Below are positions 56,901-64,000 of a DNA stretch of 64,000 nt, in pieces. Location: the NCBI GenBank assembly GCA_963732115.1, contig CAVSYN010000001.1, positions 9,341 to 73,340 on the forward strand. The letters are read 5' to 3'. Positions within the stretch are counted from its first letter, which is position 1; each line of letters begins with the position of its first letter. The notes under the pieces were generated by a model. The model was not told the origin of the DNA and did not search any database. It saw only the letters and a program-made list of their open reading frames with translations. Source of the stretch: an uncultured Bacteroidales bacterium (lineage in GTDB: Bacteria; Bacteroidota; Bacteroidia; Bacteroidales; VadinHA17). The translations under genes and the position numbers were made by a program.

Positions 56901-57010
56901 TGTTGATCTTTATCAACCACAGTTCCGGTTACTGTTCTCTGGGCATAGACACCAGCAGTACCTGCCACAAAGAATAAAAGCAACATAAATACTTTAAGTA
57001 ATTTTTTCAT
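53937..57010 (-). CDS. SusC/RagA TonB-dependent transporter (frameshifted)
   Basis: PGANVVVKGT, LKDASTAAIYGS.GSNGVIMVTTKKG, NPDLKWEET, YSGLDPEV, GIQVTF. Confidence 0.93.
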
Positions 57011-57384
57011 AGATTGATTATAATTAGGTTATATAATTCGAATTATAAAGAAAAACCAATTATTGAATCTAAAAAATTTTGAGAGTTCAGGTTAAATTCA
57101 GTTTGTTAATTCCAATTTGGATTAAACAATTTTTTATTTAATAAAGCGAATATATAATAATTTTCAAAATAATTGTGCAGATGCGTAACTATTTTCGCAA
57201 AAATCATAAATTAGTTTAAAATTTATAAAGAATAGCAAGATTGTTTAAAGTGCAGATTATTATAAATAGAATTGAAAGATAAATTAATCTTTTGGTCATT
57301 CGATTCATTGCAGACCTTTATCGTAAGTTTATAATTAAAAAAATATGGAATGGTTTATAAATACCCGATAATATCAAGGCAGGC

Positions 57385-57437
57385 AGCGCATCACGCAGGG
57401 CGTGAAGGTCGTCACGCTTTGCGTGATCACCCCGACA
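57385..57437 (+). pseudogene. Degenerate tRNA-Pro 3' copy 3 (att-like), anticodon and T arms replaced by palindromes
   Basis: AGCGCA-[TCACGCAGGGCGTGA]-AGGTC-G-[TCACGCTTTGCGTGA]-T-CACCCCGACA. Confidence 0.85.
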
Positions 57438-57440
57438 CGA

Positions 57441-57481
57441 TAAGATAAGGGTTTGTGATAATGCAAACCCTTTCTTATTTT
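57441..57481 (+). terminator. Hairpin/terminator after the att-like tRNA copy
   Basis: TAAGATAAGGGTTTG-TGATAATG-CAAACCCTTTCTTA-TTTT. Confidence 0.65.
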
Positions 57482-57748
57482 GTTAATTGAAGTGCAATTG
57501 GAGTGCGAAAAATCCATTTCCCAGAGTGTTGAGGCAAAAATATAATTGTGGTAAACAGATGTAGAAAGCCCCCAGAGCTGATTTCCGAAGGCTATTGATC
57601 AGTATCTGCTTCTCGATAATCTATCCGGCAGGGAAATCCTAGAGTGGTCAGGATTTCCGGGTTTTGCAATAAAATCTGTTACTCCCCAGAGATCACCTAA
57701 TATTTATTTATCTTTATCTTATCCGATAAATTACTTTATTTGAAGGGT

Positions 57749-58144
57749 ATGAAAAAGTTACTTCATTTTAACACAATGCTCTGGCAGACGGTTGTAATAG
57801 CCGTTCTGGCGAATATCCATATTGCATCAGGCCAGACCGGGAAAAAACATCAATTTCCAATACCTGAAGACATCAATAAGATTTTTCAGACCTCATGTAT
57901 GCCATGCCATGGAAGTAATGGTGGAAGATTACCCAAATCAAGATTAAACTTCTCAAGATGGGCAGGATATGGTCCTGCAAAAGAAGTGGAGAAAGCATCT
58001 TTGATCTGCTCGGCTCTCAGAAAAGGTGCAATGCCGCCAAGGTCAGCCAGGAAATCAAAACCTGAACTTGTCCCAACAAAAGAGCAGATCGATTTAATTT
58101 GCAAATGGGCTGAATCAATTAAATCAGAGAAGGGGGAAAAATAA
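57749..58144 (+). CDS. Haem-binding domain c-type cytochrome
   Basis: Signal peptide, CMPCH (CxxCH), LNFSRW, GAMPP. Confidence 0.8.
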   Translation: MKKLLHFNTMLWQTVVIAVLANIHIASGQTGKKHQFPIPEDINKIFQTSCMPCHGSNGGRLPKSRLNFSRWAGYGPAKEVEKASLICSALRKGAMPPRSARKSKPELVPTKEQIDLICKWAESIKSEKGEK

Positions 58145-58184
58145 ACATTAGTGGCACGCATTTCGAATATCGAAATCACATAGT

Positions 58185-59054
58185 TCAATACAGCCTGAGT
58201 GAAACCTCTTTTTCATCAGGATCAATAATTCCGGCATCCCGTTCCAGGGAATCAGGGACGGCAATTTTAAAATGCGATTTTGCCAGACGTTCCATTTCTT
58301 CTCTTTGATTCTGAATCATACGGACAGCGTCCTCATAAGCGTCGCCGTAGGTTTTACCTTCAGTCATCAATTGACGTTCCTTCATTTCAAGAGCTATGGA
58401 ATACTCAGTCTCTTCACACGATACCTGGCCATCAATCCATATTTCCTTTGGCGGGATAAAATGATAAGCCATGTCATTGCCGCTGAATCCAAAATCGGGA
58501 TAAAAATTTTTACGCACAATGTAACCGTCTACGATCCAGATTGAGATTCCTTCCCTGATTCCTTCAGGGATACGGTAAATATTCTGAAGCTTTACACTGT
58601 CGGGAAGATTCCTGATCTCTTTTTTATTGTAAGAGTCAAGTACTGAAACTTTTTTAAGTGAAGCTTCATGTGCAGTGCAGATTTCCTGATTTTTATGCCT
58701 GATAACCTGCTCGAGGGATAAGGATGAATCGTGTGCTGCTTCGTAGGTCCATCCAAATTTCGCCATCAGGTGCCTCTCATTCAGCTCGTGAGCGACAGTA
58801 AGGTCAAACTCTTCACACGAAATGGCATTGTCAATCCATATTTCGCCTTTTGGATTAAATATATATCGCTGTTCATTGCCTCCATAAAGGAATTCCTTGT
58901 AAATCTTCTGCCTGACTCTGTTCCCATCTATTATCCATATTCTATAATCTCCCTTTTTCCCATAGAAATAACGGTAAATACCTCCTATCTTTTTAGGACA
59001 TGTCCAGCTTATTGATATCAGACTGATGATAATGAAGATTGTAGTTTTTTTCAC
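58185..59054 (-). CDS. Hypothetical exported protein with an internally duplicated, possibly metal-binding domain
   Basis: Two copies of IWI.DG..VR...F...GN...Y.F.P..EIWID...SCEE; the first carries HELNE...AH. Confidence 0.7.
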   Translation of the reverse strand: MKKTTIFIIISLISISWTCPKKIGGIYRYFYGKKGDYRIWIIDGNRVRQKIYKEFLYGGNEQRYIFNPKGEIWIDNAISCEEFDLTVAHELNERHLMAKFGWTYEAAHDSSLSLEQVIRHKNQEICTAHEASLKKVSVLDSYNKKEIRNLPDSVKLQNIYRIPEGIREGISIWIVDGYIVRKNFYPDFGFSGNDMAYHFIPPKEIWIDGQVSCEETEYSIALEMKERQLMTEGKTYGDAYEDAVRMIQNQREEMERLAKSHFKIAVPDSLERDAGIIDPDEKEVSLRLY

Positions 59055-59448
59055 TTTCTGCAGATTAGGATTTAATTCAGTTCCTATATAAAATTAAAAC
59101 AATAATGCCAAATGAATGTCCTTGTAGAGAGTAAAATATCATAATGGCAGATTCTAATCAGTGTTTAATTTTTGTTTTACGATTTATCCAGCTCTGTACA
59201 CCTGGTAACATTACTGTCAATAAATGAGTTCATATTTTTGATTGGCTATTCAATTTTTCTTTGTATTTTTCATCATAAAAATGATCTTTTTTGTTGATAT
59301 TCTTTTATTTAACAATTTAAAGACAAGAAATAAACTTCACTTCTACGATTTATATATTTACTCTTTTACGTCTTAGTTTTAAATTACGTACTTAATGATC
59401 ATATTCTTCTATATTTTAGACATTAGTAAATATCCTAATTGATTAAAT

Positions 59449-60346
59449 ATGACTATCAAACAAATATTATCGAATTACAGGTATTCAATAGGTCTGTTAC
59501 TGCTGTTTGTTCTTATAGAAAATGTAGCCTGGATCATTGAACCGACTTTTTTTGGCAAGCTTCTGGATGCGCTGATCGGCCATTTTTATGACCATGAAAA
59601 AATAGACTATTATCTTCCCTCTTTTTATTTGGATAATGGTTTATTTTATCAATGTCGTGGGAGGATCGCTACACAGACTTTTCAATGGTGGTATTTTTGC
59701 CAGGATGTATGCTGATGTAGCCACAAAAGTCATTGATGAGTCAAAATCGCGGGGAGATAAGTATTCCAAAATGCTGGTAAGAGCTGAACTTGTGAAAGAG
59801 TATATAATTTTTTTTAAAGAACGCCTGCCTGAAATGTTGTGGCAGTTATCGGCATCCGCAGGAGCAATAATTGCTCTGTTTTTCTATGATTACCGCATTG
59901 GATTGGTATGTCTCGCAGTGATTGTCCCTGTTGCATATATGAATAATTTGAACCGTAAAAAAGTAACACACCTTCAGAAAGATATTCATGACAACCAGGA
60001 AGAACTTTACAGACTGATTGAAAACCGTGATACATCAAAAATACATCAGTTTTTTTATAATATGGTTTCTCCCAAAACCCGAATAGCAAGGTGGAATTCA
60101 TTTAGCTTTACTACTGTGAAGACTTTGCTTGTAATAATATTCATAGTTGTTTTATTTATTTGTATCGATCTTGATGATTTCTCTACAGGAAAAATATATT
60201 CAATTGTAGCTTATTTGTGGACTTTCATTGGGCAGACTGATTACCTGCCTGATCTCATGGAAAGTCTTGGTTCAATTAAAGATCTGAATACGAGATTTGA
60301 ACAGGATAACCTGGTAAATTCAAATTATCAGCCCGCTCTCAACTGA
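59449..60346 (+). CDS. ABC transporter six-TM-domain-like membrane protein (frameshift near 59625)
   Basis: TM helices, FFGKLLDAL, RMYADVA, FFKERLP, GKIYSIVAYLWTF. Confidence 0.7.
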
Positions 60347-60430
60347 CAAAATTAAGTGAAGGCTTAAGAATCAAATATTGAGATATAAATTCGAAAATTT
60401 CTGACTTAAATTTTGGGTTGATTATTAGTT

Positions 60431-63325
60431 ATGGCAAAAAAAGAATCCAGTGGCTGGAAGAAAATGCTTGAGGGTTATCCATGGTTCAATTGTAAGGGCT
60501 GCTATCCTATTACTGCCTATTCTGAATTCATGCCGTCTCCATTGGTAGGAAGGAAACCACTGGGGGAGATCGATCGCATCTTATTCTCCGATGATGACCT
60601 TTTCGGTTGGCACATTACTGAAACTGAGGAGGAATATGAGCTGCTGCCCGGAATTGAACACATCGGACATCAGATAATGAAAAACGTTATAAAACTTGGC
60701 AAGGGATTAACTGAACATTATATTCATGGTCATGGTGGAGAGAATCTGAAAGATAATCCATACTGGCCTCCCGAACTTTCTGAAAAAGCCGGAACTCTTG
60801 ATCATGAAAGGTATGTAACGCTTCTTCCCTTCATGTTATCTCGAACCCAGGATGATAAAGGCAGAGTAATCTGGTCTTTTTTTGGTAACAGCATTCATGA
60901 TCCTGAAACTGCCTTCTGGAAGAATTTCTACACATCTCCTGGTGTTGAAATTGTTTCAGATGAATCGATTTCTTTCTTTACCAATCTCCTGTCAATTGCA
61001 TACAATGAGAAATGTTCTGACAGTAAATCACTTTTTGACGCAGGATTCAGGATTATGCCATCAGAAACTGATCTGCCTGCATGGACAAAACTATTTGTCA
61101 TAAACAAAGATTCATCTTTTGATCAGGTCAGGTATCTGCTTACCTTCAGGCCTTTTAATTCATTACCTTCCCGGGTCAGGGAACTCTATTTGTCAGGCAG
61201 ATTGTCACTGCTTCCCTTTCCCGGCACTCTTGTATTCTGGGGTATGCCGGGTTATGAAAAGCTAAGGAAAGAATTTCCGCTTGCCGGTCAGATACCTCTC
61301 CTGAACCTGGTAGCACGGAACAGGGGGATCGGCGGATTGAAAGTCGCCCAATCCGGATGGATTCATGAGCCACGTGCTGGCACTGATCATCAAGTCAGCG
61401 AAGAACTTTTGCACGACTCTTTTCATCGGACTCACCGCTGGCAGCGTCTCCACAGGTATCAGGATGAGCTCAATGAAGTTACCGAAAAGATTAAGCTGAT
61501 AAAGGTTCTGTTCAGCACTGAACCGGATGCCATGGGCTTATATGATAAACCGTTAGCCCGTAATAGCCATCTCTGGAACCATAGGTTTGAGTTGTTGCTT
61601 GACGGACCCAATGCAACAAGGAAAAATATAATTGATGCTGAAAAAATCCTTCTTGAAGGTGGACTTTTCGGATATCGTTTCTTTTATCCGCCGATGCGCG
61701 TCGGAGAGTATGATGTATATCTTCACCGTCCTCTGGTAGCTTATCTGCCTGAAGGTTCGGATAATGTTGAGATTAAAACTGATATGCTCAATGGGTATAT
61801 AACCGGTTACCATAAGAATGATAAAGAGATGATTCACCCGGTTGAAATGTGGCCTCGTCTTTTAAGGCGGGAACTTTACCTCTCAGCTCTGAATGATTTC
61901 AAAAACGGGAATGATCATTATGCTCACCAGACATCAATGAACATTCTTTCGCTGCTTGATGCCTGGAATATGCATAATAATAAGCCCTTATCAGGATCAT
62001 ACGCCCGCAACCTTATTAACATCTCAAAACAAAAAAGTCTTGGACAATGGTTCGAAGAGCTGCCTGTTCATTCCACTGACCAGGAAGCGGTATTAAAAAT
62101 GCGGAAAGCTCTTTCGGAGATTATTGAGTCACTGAAGGCACCTGTTCTGCCTGAAGCAATAACCTATTCTGAAACAGCAACACGCCGTTTTGAAGAGAAC
62201 TGGTGGAACGATATCAGGTACCTTGCCCATGGTCAGTTTATAAATAAAGATAATGGCGATATGGCGCTTGATAACACAACGCTCGCCTTTGTTCAGAAGC
62301 AACATCGTGATCTTGAGAGTCTTGGTAACTATTTTATCGCACGTCACAGGAAGGCAATTGCAGATGCCGGTTTGGAAAGGATTGCCATTTGCGGCGAACT
62401 GCCTTTCAAATGGCAGACTGATTTTGAGTTTCCAATGTTTGGAGGTTGGAAAGGCAACCAGAAAAATGATACTTATGAAAGAAACATTCTTGTAGTTATA
62501 CCAGGTAAGAATCGCAGGCAGGCAGTGGTTTTTGGCGACCATTACGATACTGCCTATATGGAAGATATATACGAAAAAGAAAGAGGCGGATCAGGAGCAC
62601 GGCTTTCAGCTCATGGTGCTGATGATAACTATTCTGCCAGTTCAACTCTTTTACAGGCAGCACCTTTATTTCTCAGCCTGTCAAAACAGGGTAAGCTCGA
62701 ACGTGATATCTGGCTGATACATCTAACAGGTGAAGAATTCCCTTCTGACTGTATGGGAGCAAGAAATTTCTGCCAGTCTTTCATAGAAAAAAGGATTATT
62801 TTGAAATGCGGTGAGGATCAATTATTCGAGCTATCAGATACTGAGATAACGGGTGTTTTTATTATGGATATGATAGGTCATAACCGGGAGGATGATAGTG
62901 ATGTCTTTCAAATATCACCGGGTAATAGTGCAGCGTCCATGCAGCTAGCCTTCCAGGCTCACCTGGCAAATATGATCTGGAATAATTCTGCACAGAAGTG
63001 GAATCAGAATCCTGAGAGACAACATCTTGGAAGGGGGAAACGCGTCACAGGGATACAGGAGATACCGGAAATTGCAAAACATCTTCCTGTTGAAGGAGAA
63101 ATTCGTACCCGTTATAATCCTCATAGCACAATCTTCAATACTGATGGCCAGATATTTTCAGATATTGGAATTCCGGTGGTGCTTTTTATGGAGAATTATG
63201 ATATTAACAGGAGCGGTTACCATGATTCAAAAGACACTCTTGAAAATATTGATCTTGATTATGGATCCGCTTTGGCTGCTATAGCAATTGAAACTGTAGC
63301 ACGAGTCGGATGCCTTTTGCTTTGA
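60431..63325 (+). CDS. Large M28 family metallopeptidase-domain protein
   Basis: C-terminal GDHYDT, GADDNYS, TGEEFP, MDMIGH, YHDSKDT; about 680 aa of unrecognised N-terminus. Confidence 0.8.
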   Translation: MAKKESSGWKKMLEGYPWFNCKGCYPITAYSEFMPSPLVGRKPLGEIDRILFSDDDLFGWHITETEEEYELLPGIEHIGHQIMKNVIKLGKGLTEHYIHGHGGENLKDNPYWPPELSEKAGTLDHERYVTLLPFMLSRTQDDKGRVIWSFFGNSIHDPETAFWKNFYTSPGVEIVSDESISFFTNLLSIAYNEKCSDSKSLFDAGFRIMPSETDLPAWTKLFVINKDSSFDQVRYLLTFRPFNSLPSRVRELYLSGRLSLLPFPGTLVFWGMPGYEKLRKEFPLAGQIPLLNLVARNRGIGGLKVAQSGWIHEPRAGTDHQVSEELLHDSFHRTHRWQRLHRYQDELNEVTEKIKLIKVLFSTEPDAMGLYDKPLARNSHLWNHRFELLLDGPNATRKNIIDAEKILLEGGLFGYRFFYPPMRVGEYDVYLHRPLVAYLPEGSDNVEIKTDMLNGYITGYHKNDKEMIHPVEMWPRLLRRELYLSALNDFKNGNDHYAHQTSMNILSLLDAWNMHNNKPLSGSYARNLINISKQKSLGQWFEELPVHSTDQEAVLKMRKALSEIIESLKAPVLPEAITYSETATRRFEENWWNDIRYLAHGQFINKDNGDMALDNTTLAFVQKQHRDLESLGNYFIARHRKAIADAGLERIAICGELPFKWQTDFEFPMFGGWKGNQKNDTYERNILVVIPGKNRRQAVVFGDHYDTAYMEDIYEKERGGSGARLSAHGADDNYSASSTLLQAAPLFLSLSKQGKLERDIWLIHLTGEEFPSDCMGARNFCQSFIEKRIILKCGEDQLFELSDTEITGVFIMDMIGHNREDDSDVFQISPGNSAASMQLAFQAHLANMIWNNSAQKWNQNPERQHLGRGKRVTGIQEIPEIAKHLPVEGEIRTRYNPHSTIFNTDGQIFSDIGIPVVLFMENYDINRSGYHDSKDTLENIDLDYGSALAAIAIETVARVGCLLL

Positions 63326-63387
63326 GATAGTTAAGTGCAAATCTATTCCCACAAATACGGGTTTGACGAAAGTTCCGGTAAAAGACA

Positions 63388-64000
63388 ATGATATTGAATC
63401 AATTTCCATCAGCTTTTTGGAGCATATCAGAGACCGAGATGCTACAAAAACTTGACGCAAAAAAAGAAGGATTGACAAGTGATGAAGCCCAAAAGCGGCT
63501 AGCACACTATGGCTCGAATCTTTTAAAACCAAAAAAACGCTCGGATTGGTTTACGCTCCTTATATCCCAATTCAAAAGTCCTATCATTTTAATCCTTTTC
63601 TTCGCGACGGTGTTGTCATTTTTTCTGCATGATCGGGTAGATGCATTTATAATTTTTTCAATTGTCCTCGTAAGTGGCTTGCTGGGATTTTGGCAGGAAC
63701 ACAGCGCCTCAAATGCAGTAGAGAAACTTCTTTCCATAGTCCAGATCAAAGCATCTGTGATGCGCGACGGAATTGCCAAAGAAATTCCGATAGAACAGAT
63801 TGTACCGGGAGATATTGTCATACTCAATGCCGGCGATATTATACCCGGCGATGGACTGGTTCAGGAATCTAAAGATCTTTTCGTTGATGAAGCAATGCTG
63901 ACAGGAGAGACTTTCCCGGTTGAAAAAATGGCGGTGGTGTTACCTGCAGAAACTCTTCTTAGCCAGCGGACTAATGCTCTCTGGATGGGAACACATGTTG
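63388..64000 (+). CDS. mgtA: Mg2+-transporting P-type ATPase (5' part; runs off the right edge)
   Basis: Manual translation: GLTSDEAQKRL..YGSN, QFKSPIILIL, FWQE, VPGDIV.L.AGDIIPGD, DEAMLTGETFPVEK. Confidence 0.8.
   Translation, partial: MILNQFPSAFWSISETEMLQKLDAKKEGLTSDEAQKRLAHYGSNLLKPKKRSDWFTLLISQFKSPIILILFFATVLSFFLHDRVDAFIIFSIVLVSGLLGFWQEHSASNAVEKLLSIVQIKASVMRDGIAKEIPIEQIVPGDIVILNAGDIIPGDGLVQESKDLFVDEAMLTGETFPVEKMAVVLPAETLLSQRTNALWMGTHV

Larger units (their letters stand above)
45114..57437. mobile_element. Putative genomic island at tRNA-Pro, bounded by a degenerate tRNA 3' repeat; no integrase seen
   Basis: Direct repeat ...GATCACCCCGACA at 45103-45115 and 57425-57437; visibly more AT-rich cargo (SusC/SusD + two FG-GAP proteins). 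Confidence 0.6.

Noticed and set aside
1669-63872. Numerous 60-220 aa ORFs antisense or out of frame to recognised genes (e.g. 9262-9930, 23389-24000, 56333-56977)
   Set aside because: They are shadow ORFs overlapping well-supported genes and carry no independent motifs.

Overview
Chromosomal segment of a Bacteroidota organism, most likely an anaerobic Bacteroidales/Marinilabiliales relative. This rests on SusC/SusD pairs, a Bacteroidota-type omega subunit, DUF4835/PorD, a serine palmitoyltransferase-like gene and TAnnTTTG promoters. Positions 1-44.4 kb are mostly housekeeping genes (purC, phoH, mazG, speB, coaE, yajC, nusB, argF/arcC, ftsK, lolA, ftcd, hutI, fabI, recN, coaBC, rpoZ, bamD, trxB). 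Many genes are split by 1-nt indels that look like long-read assembly errors. The most unusual region is the tRNA-Pro(GGG) locus at 44.5-45.1 kb. There a small GIY-YIG nuclease gene lies between two degenerate copies of the tRNA, just upstream of the intact tRNA, and a third degenerate 3' copy lies 12.3 kb away, bounding an integrase-less SusCD/FG-GAP island. In these copies the same 15-nt palindrome, TCACGC-NNN-GCGTGA, appears five times: it replaces the anticodon arm or T arm at their borders, or interrupts the D arm. A second notable item is a four-layer nested inverted-repeat element with IS50/Tn5-like 19-bp ends at 30.7-31.15 kb. All calls come from reading the sequence and recalling motifs; no searches were run.
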